In this document: positions 29,207 through 39,987 of the stretch, piece by piece
Position numbering within the stretch: the first letter of the stretch is position 1
How the letters are laid out: each line of letters begins with the position of its first letter
From: a virus
IMG/VR virus record: IMGVR_UViG_3300020160_001966
Coordinates: 52,360-116,359 of that record
Length of the DNA: 64,000 nucleotides
Direction: 5' to 3' (one strand)
Made by a program: the position numbers and the translations under genes
The notes under the pieces: model-generated
Told to the model about the DNA's origin: nothing
Seen by the model: only the letters and a program-made list of their open reading frames with translations
The model's database searches: none

Positions 29207-29890
29207 ATGAAAATTGTAGCTTGTAGTATAACCAGAGAACATGATCCTTGTCAAACAAAAATTTTTAAAACTTTTCAAAAAATAAACCAATACCACCCTT
29301 CTAAAAAAATAGAATTAAAATTAAAATGTGGTAACTTCACCATGGGGTTGAGTGAATATTATAATAATTGTATTGACAATTACGCTGAAAGTTGCGACTA
29401 TATGGTTCTTGTTCACGATGACGTTGAATTTATTAATATGGATTTACATTACCAAATAGAGAAATCTATGGAATTTTACGATATAGTAGGTGTCGCTGGA
29501 TGCTCCAACCCAAAAATTGGGGATACGAATCTTTGGCATTTGATGAGCGAGAAGCAAAATTTAAAAGGATTTGCGGGGCATAACTGTAAGGAAACGTTGA
29601 ACGAATACTATATTACTGCTTTTGGGGCATCTCCATCTAGAGTTGCCATGATAGATGGCGTTTTTATGGTTATTAAGTGTGATAAAATTTTAAAAACAAA
29701 AACTAGGTTTGATGAGAGTTTCAAATTCCATCATTATGATCTGGATTTTAGTCTTTCTAGTAATTTGAATAGGTTAAAAATTGGTGTTTGGCCGATACTA
29801 ATCGATCATTCATCGCCAGGTCTAAGATCATTTAATGAGAGTTGGAAAACTTCAAACGAATATTTTAAACAAAAATGGATAAAGAAATAA
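29207..29890 (+). CDS. GT2-like glycosyltransferase
   Basis: VLVHDDV, VGVAG, IDGVFM, FHHYDLDFSL, HSSPG. Confidence 0.75.
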   Translation: MKIVACSITREHDPCQTKIFKTFQKINQYHPSKKIELKLKCGNFTMGLSEYYNNCIDNYAESCDYMVLVHDDVEFINMDLHYQIEKSMEFYDIVGVAGCSNPKIGDTNLWHLMSEKQNLKGFAGHNCKETLNEYYITAFGASPSRVAMIDGVFMVIKCDKILKTKTRFDESFKFHHYDLDFSLSSNLNRLKIGVWPILIDHSSPGLRSFNESWKTSNEYFKQKWIKK

Positions 29891-31212
29891 CAAAAATAGA
29901 TTTGGACTTTTATGAAAAAGTCGTAATATATAATTGCCTGTTCAACTCTGAATATTTGGCATCTGTAATAGATCATTTGAATGTTGATTTATTTTCTGAT
30001 AAAGATATTAAATCGAGTATAGGTATTATAAAAGATTTCTATTTAAAACGTAGTGAAATTCCTACAATTACTGAAATTAAAACATATTTAAATGATCCAG
30101 ATCTTAAACAATCTTTTAAAAACGTTTTAACCAAATTGGACGAATTAGACAATGTTAAATTTAACAGAGATGAGCTTTATGAAAATACTGAAATATTTCT
30201 AAAAGAAAAATCCGTATATAAAGTTTTATTAGAAGCTGCTCAGAAAATAGATAACAATAAATTAGACTCTTCCGATCTTTTAATGAAGATGGAAAAGGCT
30301 GTTAGTATAAATCTTTCAAATTCCATGGGTTTGAGTTTATTGGACGATGTTGATTATTTCATTACAGAAATGTCGAAAAATGAATCCAAAATATCCAGTG
30401 GGTGGAAATGGCTGGATAATAAAATAAGTGGTGGGTTCGCTGAGAACGGTAGAGCATTATACGTTTTTATAGGTGAAACGAATGTTGGTAAGTCTATATT
30501 TTTAGGGAATGTTGCCGCAAACGTTGCAATGCAAGGAAAAACGGCACTTGTCATATCTCTAGAAATGTCGGAGATAATGTATGGAATGAGATTTGCATCC
30601 AATTTGACCAAGATACCGATGTTTGAATTGAAGAAAGACGTATCTATTTTAAGAAATGAATTATTAGATTTGAAGACTAAAAATAAAAAATCTAAAATTT
30701 TAATTAAAGAATTCCCACCATCAACGTTATCCACTTTCCAAGTTTCAGCATATATCAAAAAGTTGCAACAAAATGGTATAAAAGTGGATTGTTTAGTATT
30801 GGATTATTTAAATTTGATGGATAGTTCCAAGGGTACTAATATGTATGAAAGGATCAAATACATATCAGAACAATTGAGAGCTATTTCTTACAAATATAGC
30901 ATACCTGTCATTACAGCTTCTCAAATTAATAGATCTGGTTATAATTCATCAAATCCTAGTTTGGAAACAATATCCGAGGGTATTAGCTTGGCGAATACCG
31001 CCGATTGTATTTTCAATATATGGCAATCGGATGAGGATAAAGACATGGGTGTTATAAACATGGGTATAGCTAAAAATCGCTTTGGTCCGAATTTCGGATC
31101 TACTATATTAAAAATTGATTATACCACACTCACTTTGGAAGAGGATGATTTGAGAAACGACACTAGCGAGTTGGCAGAATTTAGTAAATCAATAAAAGAA
31201 CTTGAAGATTAA
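29875..31212 (+). CDS. gp41: Replicative DnaB-like helicase
   Basis: GETNVGKS, ISLEM, IKEFP, LDYLNL, TASQINRSG, KNRFG. Confidence 0.92.
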   Translation: MDKEITKIDLDFYEKVVIYNCLFNSEYLASVIDHLNVDLFSDKDIKSSIGIIKDFYLKRSEIPTITEIKTYLNDPDLKQSFKNVLTKLDELDNVKFNRDELYENTEIFLKEKSVYKVLLEAAQKIDNNKLDSSDLLMKMEKAVSINLSNSMGLSLLDDVDYFITEMSKNESKISSGWKWLDNKISGGFAENGRALYVFIGETNVGKSIFLGNVAANVAMQGKTALVISLEMSEIMYGMRFASNLTKIPMFELKKDVSILRNELLDLKTKNKKSKILIKEFPPSTLSTFQVSAYIKKLQQNGIKVDCLVLDYLNLMDSSKGTNMYERIKYISEQLRAISYKYSIPVITASQINRSGYNSSNPSLETISEGISLANTADCIFNIWQSDEDKDMGVINMGIAKNRFGPNFGSTILKIDYTTLTLEEDDLRNDTSELAEFSKSIKELED

Positions 31213-31249
31213 AAATATATTGATAAATTATATATAACAATATAAACAA

Positions 31250-32167
31250 ATGGATAATATTAAAAAGATACACGTATTTACACATGCAGATTTGGACGGA
31301 AGTGCTTCTTATTTGGTATTATCTTGGTATATGTGGAATAGTCCAACATATGTTTTATGTACACATGATTCGTTGAGATCTACGGTGTCGAAATGGTTGT
31401 TGAAAAATAAAATAGAAGATTACGATGCTGTTTATTTTTTAGGTTTGGATACTTGCGATATATGTGATTTGATAGATTATAAAAAAGTATATGTATTGGA
31501 TCATCATCAAGAGGCTAACAGGTGTAAAGATCTTTATAAGAATTTGAACATTGAACTTTTTGAATATGGTTCTAGTGTTTTGGGTGTATATAGATATTTT
31601 AAAAATAAATATCAAGATAGAAAAATAACGGCAAATCAAAGAAAATTTGTAGCTTTGGTGGATGATTACATTTCTTATAGACTTTTAGAAAAGGATTTAT
31701 CTATTGGATTGAATATGTTATACTGGAATTATCAAGGGGATAAACTTCAAAAGTTGAAAAAAGATTTTAACGATGGCTTCTCTCATCTTTCAGATGATCA
31801 AATTAAGATAATTGATTTCTATAAACAAAAAATACATAAAATAGTACAGGATGCCGATTTTTATGTTGGCGATTTTAAAATTCAAGGAGTTTTTAGAAAA
31901 ATCATAGCTACTTTTGCGGATACTTGTGTCAATGAGGTTGCTTCAGAATTGACAAATATGGGATATGAAATCGCTGTGATCGTGAATACCAAAACTCAAA
32001 AGGTGAGTTTTAGGAAAAATCATTTTTCCAATGTTGATTTACCGAAAATAGCTAAAACTTTAGCCGATGGTGGGGGTTATAAAAACATGGCTGGTGGATT
32101 ACTTAATGATAAATTTATGAATTTTACAAAACTTTTAAAAAAACATGACATTGGAAAAAGAATATAA
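31250..32167 (+). CDS. DHH-family phosphoesterase
   Basis: THADLDG, LDHH, VSFR, GGGY..MAGG. Confidence 0.8.
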   Translation: MDNIKKIHVFTHADLDGSASYLVLSWYMWNSPTYVLCTHDSLRSTVSKWLLKNKIEDYDAVYFLGLDTCDICDLIDYKKVYVLDHHQEANRCKDLYKNLNIELFEYGSSVLGVYRYFKNKYQDRKITANQRKFVALVDDYISYRLLEKDLSIGLNMLYWNYQGDKLQKLKKDFNDGFSHLSDDQIKIIDFYKQKIHKIVQDADFYVGDFKIQGVFRKIIATFADTCVNEVASELTNMGYEIAVIVNTKTQKVSFRKNHFSNVDLPKIAKTLADGGGYKNMAGGLLNDKFMNFTKLLKKHDIGKRI

Positions 32168-32429
32168 AGAGATTGAACATATTTTCAACTCCTTTTGTAG
32201 TTTTATGTGTATCATAAACAACAAGAAGATGAATTATGCTTCTATTTTACTTTTATACATACAAGATAAAAAAATAAGAGAATTTTTTAAGATGCTACAT
32301 AATGTTGATAATGATATGTCTGCTGTTAAGATTTTTTTAGAACAAGATCCGAGTCTTCATAAATCGAAATATATTATGAAGTTTATAAATAACAAAAAAA
32401 ATAAAAAAATTCTAGAAGCTTTAAAGTGA
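32145..32429 (+). CDS. Hypothetical protein
   Basis: Open frame in replication operon. Confidence 0.45.
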   Translation: MTLEKEYKEIEHIFNSFCSFMCIINNKKMNYASILLLYIQDKKIREFFKMLHNVDNDMSAVKIFLEQDPSLHKSKYIMKFINNKKNKKILEALK

Positions 32430-33076
32430 AAGATATAGAAGATATATATAACACTCACTTACGTATAAGTAGGAGTAAAAAAAATCTACCTTTTACTTTG
32501 AAAAAAGATTTTTCGAAGATAGAAGAACATGAAAAATATGCTGTCTTGTTGAAATTGAAAAATTTCTTTGAAAGAAATTCCTATGTTAACATGAGTGATT
32601 TCATGGAAGCTCCCTACATTGTGTATGAGGACGAAAGTTATTTTGATTTGGATTTTTATTTAACACAAAAAGCTGTTAAGAGCTATAATCTATATAGAAG
32701 AAAAAAGACATATTCTGAACCAGATTCTGAAATTCAAAAGAAAGCTGTAACTGATGGGCTTATGTTTATCTACAGATTTTGCAAGGATCATGATTTAAAT
32801 ATTGAAGAATATTTCCACCATAAAAACGGTGCTATCAATACTATTTTTTTACACTTGAAACAGAAAAATATATCTATTTATAACTGTTTAGCTTATGAAA
32901 ATTTTCAAACAATATTGAACCAAAACAATTATGAATTGTTAGAATTTATGCTTGGAGATGTAATCTCTAAAATTTCTATTTTTAGGACAAAATTTTACAT
33001 ATCAAAGTCTTGTAAAAAAATTTCAATCGAAGGTCTAAAAATAATAAAAGAAAAGCTTGCAAAAGAAAAAAAATAA
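32426..33076 (+). CDS. Possible helicase loader (gp59-like)
   Basis: 216 aa directly upstream of gp32, as in T4; little motif support. Confidence 0.4.
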   Translation: MKDIEDIYNTHLRISRSKKNLPFTLKKDFSKIEEHEKYAVLLKLKNFFERNSYVNMSDFMEAPYIVYEDESYFDLDFYLTQKAVKSYNLYRRKKTYSEPDSEIQKKAVTDGLMFIYRFCKDHDLNIEEYFHHKNGAINTIFLHLKQKNISIYNCLAYENFQTILNQNNYELLEFMLGDVISKISIFRTKFYISKSCKKISIEGLKIIKEKLAKEKK

Positions 33077-33095
33077 CGTAATATCTAAAAAGTAT

Positions 33096-33959
33096 ATGAA
33101 TACATACACCAACAAAATGTTCAACAGCATCAAAGACGCACTGCAAAAAAATTCAACTCAATCGAGTGGAAGAAACATTCTCAAGTTTGAGAAAGACAAG
33201 ACGTATACCATTCGTCTCATTCCTAATATCAATAATCCAGAGAAGACATTCTTCCACTATTACACATATGACTGGACTTCTTATGGTAATGGTCAATACA
33301 CCACCGCATTGTCTCCAGCAACCTTTGGTCAAAAGTGCGTGATTACAGATACAAAGTATCGTTTATTGAGGAATGGTTCAGATGAGGAAAAGCAAAAGGC
33401 TGATTTGCTCAGAAGGAATGAACGTTGGCTCGTAAATGCATATGTAGTGGACGATCCTACCAATCCTGACAATAATGGATGTGTCAAGATTATGCGTTAT
33501 GGTAAACAGTTGCATAAGATTATTTCTGATGCTATTGATGGTGAGGGTTCTGAGGATTATGGCGCTAGGATTTTCGATCTATCTGAAAATGGCGTTAACT
33601 TGAAGGTTAAGTGTGAACAGCAAGGTGATTACATTACATATGTCTCTTCTAAGTTTAGTTTACCTAGAAAGATTGAAGGTCTTGATGACGCTAAGGCTGA
33701 AAAGTTATACTCTTCGATTTTTGATTTGGAGTCTATCGTACCAACCAAATCTAATGAGGAGTTGGTTGCTGTTTTGGATGAGCATTTTTTCGCAAAGCCA
33801 ACTCTTATTTCAGAGAAAAAAGTTGTTAGTTTCTCTGAAGAGGAATCTTCTTCAAATACATCCAATTTGATCGATAATCAAAAGATTACTACATTGGAAT
33901 CTTTGAACGATGACGATGATGATGAAAATTTGAAAAAGCTCATTGCGGATTTAGATTAA
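33096..33959 (+). CDS. gp32: Single-stranded DNA-binding protein
   Basis: TIRLIP, NAYVVDDP.NP.NNG.VKI..YGK, D...G.N.K, acidic C-terminal tail; ATG 33096. Confidence 0.85.
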   Translation: MNTYTNKMFNSIKDALQKNSTQSSGRNILKFEKDKTYTIRLIPNINNPEKTFFHYYTYDWTSYGNGQYTTALSPATFGQKCVITDTKYRLLRNGSDEEKQKADLLRRNERWLVNAYVVDDPTNPDNNGCVKIMRYGKQLHKIISDAIDGEGSEDYGARIFDLSENGVNLKVKCEQQGDYITYVSSKFSLPRKIEGLDDAKAEKLYSSIFDLESIVPTKSNEELVAVLDEHFFAKPTLISEKKVVSFSEEESSSNTSNLIDNQKITTLESLNDDDDDENLKKLIADLD

Positions 33960-33960
33960 T

Positions 33961-34437
33961 ATGAATTTTGATTCAATAGTTCCAGAGGGTGATTTGCCCC
34001 CCAATCACCCTCTGGTTTTGGAGGCTTTAAAGGGTATAATATCTGGTCCGATTTCTGAATTACGTCAGAAAGTTGACAAGAATATTACTGAAGAAACTAG
34101 TCAAGCTGGACTTAGGAGCGGTAAAATAGATTATGAAAATATTTTACCAAACTTTAATTCTAATAATAATATTAATATTATACCCAATAGGGAATATAAT
34201 AACACTGCGAATAATGTCCTTGAGACTTTGGTTTCTTCTCAAAAACATAATGTTTTACAAAACAATAATGTAGAAATTCGCAACCACTCTTCTCCAGAAA
34301 AGGAATATGATGATCCAGATCAAATGCAACTTCCTTTATTTAAGCCTACTGAAATGTCGGATTTATATTCTAAAATGTTTGATTTGGAGAGAAAACTTGA
34401 TACTATTATAAAGTATGTCAAACCAAATAAAAATTAA
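33961..34437 (+). CDS. Hypothetical protein
   Basis: Open frame; DPDQMQLPLF. Confidence 0.45.
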   Translation: MNFDSIVPEGDLPPNHPLVLEALKGIISGPISELRQKVDKNITEETSQAGLRSGKIDYENILPNFNSNNNINIIPNREYNNTANNVLETLVSSQKHNVLQNNNVEIRNHSSPEKEYDDPDQMQLPLFKPTEMSDLYSKMFDLERKLDTIIKYVKPNKN

Positions 34438-35155
34438 AAATAAAATATCTTTTGTAAAAAATTTTTTATCTCCCATTTGTAAAGTTTCCGATTCAGCCGT
34501 TTTGGAAATTGAAAATGGTGTTATAAAGGCTTTGGTCTGTACTTCTGACAATTCTATCATTTTTCATAATACCCATGCTATAGAATCTTCTAGTGAAGAT
34601 TTGGTTGTTTTAAATTGTTCAGACTTGAAAAAGTTAATTCGTGCTTTGGATACTATAGTTTCTAAAAATGAAATTATGTTTACTTTGGAAGAAAATAATA
34701 TTTCTTATAATGATTCAAAGATTAAATTTAAATATCATCTTTTAGAAAATGATATTATCAAAAAACCTAAAATTAGTTTAAAAAAATTAGAAAGTATGGA
34801 TGCTCTCTCATCTTTTGTTATCACTAAAGATTCTTTAAAGGAGCTTGTTAGGGGGTCCGTTTTTAGTTCAGATTCGAATAAATTCTATTTAAATAGTGAA
34901 AATAACGGAGTTTTTGCTGAGTTGACAGATAAGACTAGAAACAATATAGACACTATAACAATGCAAGTTTCTGATAGTTTTGATGGAAATTCTTTTGAAG
35001 CGTTGCCTTTGAATTTTGAAATTTTTAGAATTATGGAAATTGGTGATTCTAATGATATAATTGTTAAAATTAATAGTAAATTAGGAATTGTATTATTCGA
35101 GATTTGTAATAATTATAATAAGATGTTATACATTATGTCATCTTTAATAAAATGA
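34415..35155 (+). CDS. gp45: Sliding clamp (gp45/PCNA-like)
   Basis: About 246 aa, two-domain beta pattern, replication context. Confidence 0.55.
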   Translation: MSNQIKIKNKISFVKNFLSPICKVSDSAVLEIENGVIKALVCTSDNSIIFHNTHAIESSSEDLVVLNCSDLKKLIRALDTIVSKNEIMFTLEENNISYNDSKIKFKYHLLENDIIKKPKISLKKLESMDALSSFVITKDSLKELVRGSVFSSDSNKFYLNSENNGVFAELTDKTRNNIDTITMQVSDSFDGNSFEALPLNFEIFRIMEIGDSNDIIVKINSKLGIVLFEICNNYNKMLYIMSSLIK

Positions 35156-35532
35156 AAAAAAACAAAAATTCGATTAAAACTCCTAGTTATTTCATAAAAC
35201 GTTTAAAAGACTCTGGTTTCATAGTTTGGAAAATTTTTGACGATTATGGTGTCCATGATCCTAGATGTTGGACTGTTTTAGTAGACCCTAAAGGAGCCTC
35301 CGTATATATCACATGTTTTTTAAATAAAGAGTTTTTTGGTGATGTTATGTTTGAGTTAAGTGACGGTGGGCAAAAGTTTTTAAAAAATTTTTCTATTAAA
35401 ACTGAAAGCTTGGAAGTTATCATTACCCACTTAATAAGTGCTGGTGTGAAAAACGATGCTGGAAATAGTCCATTTAGAAAAGATAAATATTCATATCATG
35501 AGTCAACAGAGGGGCAAAAAGAAAGATCCTAG
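35152..35532 (+). CDS. Hypothetical protein
   Basis: T.SYFIKRLKDSG...DPR.WT. Confidence 0.5.
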   Translation: MKKNKNSIKTPSYFIKRLKDSGFIVWKIFDDYGVHDPRCWTVLVDPKGASVYITCFLNKEFFGDVMFELSDGGQKFLKNFSIKTESLEVIITHLISAGVKNDAGNSPFRKDKYSYHESTEGQKERS

Positions 35533-35830
35533 AATATTTCTTGGAAAAGAAAAGGAAAAATTGTCTTCTCTAGACAAAGCTCAGATAAATGAACTTTTAT
35601 CTGAGTCTATTAGTAGTTATGTATCCAAGGTCGCTAAAGAGGTTAAGAACACTGATGATATGGTTTCACTATTGAATGGATACATAACTGAATTTTTGGA
35701 AGCTTTTTTATTATTCGGATATGATATAAAAGGCACTCCGCTTTGTATTCATTATGCGAGAAATCAAAAAGATGCTGATGCTTTGAATTGCTTGGTGAAT
35801 AAAGCATTGTTTAATAAAATGAATGAATAG
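35456..35830 (+). CDS. Hypothetical protein (start probably internal)
   Basis: Open frame. Confidence 0.45.
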   Translation: MLEIVHLEKINIHIMSQQRGKKKDPRIFLGKEKEKLSSLDKAQINELLSESISSYVSKVAKEVKNTDDMVSLLNGYITEFLEAFLLFGYDIKGTPLCIHYARNQKDADALNCLVNKALFNKMNE

Positions 35831-36116
35831 TTTTATTAAAAAGTTAATTACCGAGAAATCTAATAAAACACATATACCTTTAGGTTCTTGCTATGCGGTG
35901 TTGCGAGGTGATTATCATGGTGAAATATTTGTATTTTTTAAACAAATTGCAAATGATTTGATGTTTGTCTCTTTACCTAAAATGATATTAAGAGAGGTTG
36001 ATGTGGTTAAATTTGATATAGGGTTGAAGGAAAATATACTAGATTCTTTTAATATATTACCAGAAGATATATATAAAGTTATAGAATCTCATGGAAATAA
36101 TCTCATCGAGAGTTAA
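35823..36116 (+). CDS. Hypothetical protein
   Basis: Open frame. Confidence 0.45.
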   Translation: MNSFIKKLITEKSNKTHIPLGSCYAVLRGDYHGEIFVFFKQIANDLMFVSLPKMILREVDVVKFDIGLKENILDSFNILPEDIYKVIESHGNNLIES

Positions 36117-36124
36117 ATAATTGA

Positions 36125-36316
36125 ATGAATAGAGTAGAAGCTAGAATAATAACATCGCCTATTTCTGGACAACCTTGCGCTCCTAGAATTATTGAAACTA
36201 GAGTTGGTAACAATATAGTTAAAGAAGCTCATTGGATCGATCCAGCATCTGGCGCTTTTATAAGAAAAGGGGTCATTGAAGTGAAGCCCTATATCAGAGA
36301 AGATAAAAAGTCTTGA
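36125..36316 (+). CDS. Small hypothetical protein
   Basis: ITSPISG...W.DP.SG.F..KG. Confidence 0.5.
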   Translation: MNRVEARIITSPISGQPCAPRIIETRVGNNIVKEAHWIDPASGAFIRKGVIEVKPYIREDKKS

Positions 36317-36340
36317 CATGTATTTTTGAAGATGTAAAGT
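36313..36340 (+). promoter_or_regulatory. Sigma70-type promoter
   Basis: TTGACA-N16-TAAAGT, 6 nt before GTG 36347. Confidence 0.6.
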
Positions 36341-36346
36341 GGGTAT

Positions 36347-37366
36347 GTGGTCAAATTACCTGAAACTTACGTTGTAAATAAATTCTATCAATATGCTGGT
36401 TCGCCTAAACATAATAGGGGTACTAATGTTTATCAAGCTAGTTGCCCGATTTGTAGGGAAGGTAAATCTTGGTTGAGAAAAAAAAGGTGTTATTACATTC
36501 CTTCTAAAAATGTAATCCATTGTCATAATTGTGGTTGGCATGGTAATCCTGTTAATTGGATCATGGAATTGCAGTCTTCTTCCTTATCCGAAATTCTAAG
36601 CGAGTCTAATAATTATGACACGATAGTTATTCCTATCAATGAGAGTAAAGATGATAAAAAGGTTACAAATTATGAATTACCTTGCGATTGTATAGATTTG
36701 GAAAATAGCGACGAATTGAATTTTTATAGTAATAACAATATAGTAATGCAAGCTGCATCGATTCTAAAAGATAGGGGATTGTTGACATGCATAAATAGGC
36801 CGAAGAAATATTATATTACTTTAACAGATTTTGTTCATAAAAATCGTATAATTATACCTTTTTATGATGAAAATAACAAAATCATCTTTTATCAATCTAG
36901 GAAAATATTGAACAATGACGATAGACCTAGATATCTTTCTAAAAAGAATAGTGAGAGAAGTGTTTTCAATATAAACAATGTTATTGAAGATATTCCATAT
37001 GTTTTTATAACGGAGGGTCCGTTTGATTGTACTTTTATTAAAAATGGTATAGCTTTGGCTGGAATAACTGAGAGTGGATCAGATACATTTACTGAAAAAC
37101 AAAGGGTGCAGATGCAAATGTTTCCATTGCATGAAAATGTTTTTGTTTTAGATAATCAATGGAACGATACAACATCTAAGAAAAAAACTAAAGATTTAAT
37201 TGATGCTGGTAAAAAGGTATTCTTGTGGCCAAAAGAATATAATAAATTTAAAGATATAAATGATGTATGTATTAGATATAAATTGAACGAGTTTCCTTAT
37301 AAGTTTATATTAAAAAATTCTTTTTCTGGAATGGTTGGTAAGTTGAAATTAGCTGAAATTAAATAA
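36347..37366 (+). CDS. gp61: DNA primase
   Basis: CPIC...CHNCG zinc finger, IIIPFY, EGPFD Toprim, KDIND. Confidence 0.9.
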   Translation: MVKLPETYVVNKFYQYAGSPKHNRGTNVYQASCPICREGKSWLRKKRCYYIPSKNVIHCHNCGWHGNPVNWIMELQSSSLSEILSESNNYDTIVIPINESKDDKKVTNYELPCDCIDLENSDELNFYSNNNIVMQAASILKDRGLLTCINRPKKYYITLTDFVHKNRIIIPFYDENNKIIFYQSRKILNNDDRPRYLSKKNSERSVFNINNVIEDIPYVFITEGPFDCTFIKNGIALAGITESGSDTFTEKQRVQMQMFPLHENVFVLDNQWNDTTSKKKTKDLIDAGKKVFLWPKEYNKFKDINDVCIRYKLNEFPYKFILKNSFSGMVGKLKLAEIK

Positions 37367-37376
37367 ATATTTTTCT

Positions 37377-37976
37377 ATGAACAAATATATAATTTATCTT
37401 TTAGGCTGTATTTTATTCTCCTTTGGAGCTACACTATTTATTACTAGCAATTTGGGTACTGACCCCTTGGATGTTCTGGCTATTGGAATGAAAGACACAT
37501 TTGGTTGGATGATAGGTACAACTCAAAGCGTTTTCGCATTATGTTGTTTATTTCTATATAGTTATTTGAATAAATGGAAATTCCCACCAATCTCAACCTT
37601 CTTGACTTTTTTCATATGTGGATATCTTATAGATTTTTTTCTATTTTTATTAAACCATCAACACATTGTTAATCCATTTCTGGAAATGCTTTTTGGGGTT
37701 ATTATTTGTACCCAAGCTAGTGCTTTAATAATGATGTCTGGATTTGGTATAAGAGCCATGGATTTGGTTGCAATATCATTATCCGAGATAACCAAAAAAC
37801 CATTTTGGCTGTTTAAAGGTATTGCCGAGGTATTGCTTTTGACCGTTGGTTATTTTTTGGGAGGCATTGTTGGTATCGGCACTATTTTCTTTTTACTATT
37901 TGTGGGTTGGTTAATACAACCATGTATTCGTTTAAATAGTAAATTGGGAATACCTAATTACGGCAAGGTTCATTAA
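37377..37976 (+). CDS. YczE/YyaS/YitT-family membrane protein
   Basis: Multi-TM; LGTDPLDVL, GIGTI; internal two-fold repeat. Confidence 0.75.
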   Translation: MNKYIIYLLGCILFSFGATLFITSNLGTDPLDVLAIGMKDTFGWMIGTTQSVFALCCLFLYSYLNKWKFPPISTFLTFFICGYLIDFFLFLLNHQHIVNPFLEMLFGVIICTQASALIMMSGFGIRAMDLVAISLSEITKKPFWLFKGIAEVLLLTVGYFLGGIVGIGTIFFLLFVGWLIQPCIRLNSKLGIPNYGKVH

Positions 37977-38392
37977 TCTTGCTCACCAGCAATTAAGTAT
38001 CCCTTTAATGCTTCAGCTAAACCGCTGAGTTCAACTGCTATACGAGATATTCTACGATGTTCCGAGGATGCTATTTTCTCGAAAAGGGTATCGCAACCAG
38101 CATTGTGTAATTGAGCTTGAACGGATGTTTGATTCACACCATTCACATATTCAACAAATTTTTCAATTTCTGCAACCCATTCAGATAAAATTTTCTTTTG
38201 TTTAGCTAAAGATTCTTTTCTAATAACTTCAACTTGACCAACATCTGTATTGAAAGATTCTGGTGGTGTCCCAGCATCTAATTCAGCGGTCATAGCTGCT
38301 GTTTCCGCATTCGCGGTAGCTTCTGGTGCAGCCACAGCCTCTTGTTCATCTTGTTCCAAGATGGCGTTGAAATATTTTTCGTATATACCCAT
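37973..38392 (-). CDS. Hypothetical with leader
   Basis: MGIYEKYFNAILEQ; TAAATA 5 nt upstream. Confidence 0.55.
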   Translation of the reverse strand: MGIYEKYFNAILEQDEQEAVAAPEATANAETAAMTAELDAGTPPESFNTDVGQVEVIRKESLAKQKKILSEWVAEIEKFVEYVNGVNQTSVQAQLHNAGCDTLFEKIASSEHRRISRIAVELSGLAEALKGYLIAGEQD

Positions 38393-38430
38393 AAGATTAT
38401 TTATTTATTACGTCTAAATATTTATAACAA

Positions 38431-38817
38431 ATGAAAGAAAATTTTAAAATACTTCAAGAAGACGATCAAAAAATATACAATAAATGGGTTAAAGGTATAG
38501 CAAAACAGGAAGCTCCGTCTCAAGTTATTACAGTTGATGATATTGTAAATAGATATAGAAATAATGTTTCCTATGAAGCTAGTAGGCAATTACCATTTGG
38601 TTTAGATTTTTTATTGGATAGAATAGGTGATATTTTCGTAAAATGTTCAAATGTGAGAATGGATTTGGCAAATGCTATGAAGAATCCAGTCATATATGAA
38701 CATAATCAAAGAATATCAGCTGTTAAAAAATTGAATGATAAAATAGACAAAGTACAAGAAATGTTATTTTCCTGTACGGAAGAGATGAATGAAATAGTTG
38801 AAAGTCACGAAAAGTGA
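38431..38817 (+). CDS. Hypothetical with short leader
   Basis: MKENFKILQED; CTAAATA 10 nt upstream. Confidence 0.5.
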   Translation: MKENFKILQEDDQKIYNKWVKGIAKQEAPSQVITVDDIVNRYRNNVSYEASRQLPFGLDFLLDRIGDIFVKCSNVRMDLANAMKNPVIYEHNQRISAVKKLNDKIDKVQEMLFSCTEEMNEIVESHEK

Positions 38818-39310
38818 TATAATTATTGATGTAATGTTTAATGTCACAAATCCTATCATTAAAAGAATAATATCTAGCTTGCTCATAACATCAACAATAT
38901 CCTTTCTAGGAGCTTTGTTTTTATTAAATTTTGGTTTTAATTTTATAGTTAGTTTGTTTTTTATTTTTATTCTACAATTTGTAGTTTTTTATTTTTATGG
39001 AGAGCATGTTAAAAGGAAAAATGCATATATTGAGGCAGAATTGGAATTGCAAGCTGCTTCTGAATTGAGAAAAATAACCGCTGATGTTGTATGCCCATGT
39101 GATCAAAAAGTTCAAACTACCATACCAGTAGAGATGAATCGTGAAAATTCATATGTGTGCGGTCAATGTAATAAAAGAGTTGGAATTTTGATAGATCTTA
39201 AAACCGTATTAAAAACAGATCCGATAATTGATGATCCGTTAAAAAATTCTGAAATTTTAAAAAATGTAAATGAAGCTTTAAAAGACCCATCTCATAATGA
39301 TAGAATTTAA
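38798..39310 (+). CDS. Two-TM protein with Zn-ribbon-like C-terminus
   Basis: Hydrophobic pair; CPC...CGQC. Confidence 0.5.
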   Translation: MKVTKSDIIIDVMFNVTNPIIKRIISSLLITSTISFLGALFLLNFGFNFIVSLFFIFILQFVVFYFYGEHVKRKNAYIEAELELQAASELRKITADVVCPCDQKVQTTIPVEMNRENSYVCGQCNKRVGILIDLKTVLKTDPIIDDPLKNSEILKNVNEALKDPSHNDRI

Positions 39311-39665
39311 AAAAACAGATAGTAGTTCCATTCCTCCAGAAATTACATCTAGAGAAATTGTTAAAAATGAAGATGTTTTATATTTTTTTGAACAATTGTG
39401 TAAAAAAAATGTTGAGGATTATATGGTTTTTAAAAAAAATAGTTTTAAAAATCAAAATTTAGATATAATTAAAGATTTTTTAAACAAATTTGAGAATTTC
39501 ATAAAAGATGAAAGTTCAAATAAAGACAATAAAGAAGTTGTTAATATAATTTTTAACAATATAAAGAACAATATAAAAATATTAGAACATTTGGAAATGC
39601 TTCCAAAAGATAATAAAAACAAAGCATTTTTATTATCATTCGTATCTTCTAGATTATTTCCTTGA
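39297..39665 (+). CDS. Hypothetical protein
   Basis: Open frame. Confidence 0.4.
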   Translation: MIEFKKTDSSSIPPEITSREIVKNEDVLYFFEQLCKKNVEDYMVFKKNSFKNQNLDIIKDFLNKFENFIKDESSNKDNKEVVNIIFNNIKNNIKILEHLEMLPKDNKNKAFLLSFVSSRLFP

Positions 39666-39699
39666 CTTTCTTTTTAAAAATTGAGACACTGCATGTCTT

Positions 39700-39987
39700 A
39701 TGAATGAAAAAGTTGTAATCAAAACAAGCAAAGAAGAACATGTAATGGATAAAGACGCTTTTATACGTTGGCTATGCTTGATAGAGATTGTTCAATTGGC
39801 CGAAGAAAAAGCGATTGATTTGAAGGTAGATTTGGAAGATGTTGATTGGGTCAAACCATTGGCTTTTAAAAAATATATGAATGAGCGTTTTAAAAGTATG
39901 GAAATTGATTTAATGGCTGACGAACGAAATGGTAGTATGGTCTTGGATTACGTCAATAATAACCACCATATTCCAGAGTATTGTTAA
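39700..39987 (+). CDS. Hypothetical protein
   Basis: RWLCLIE...W.KP.AF.KY. Confidence 0.5.
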   Translation: MNEKVVIKTSKEEHVMDKDAFIRWLCLIEIVQLAEEKAIDLKVDLEDVDWVKPLAFKKYMNERFKSMEIDLMADERNGSMVLDYVNNNHHIPEYC

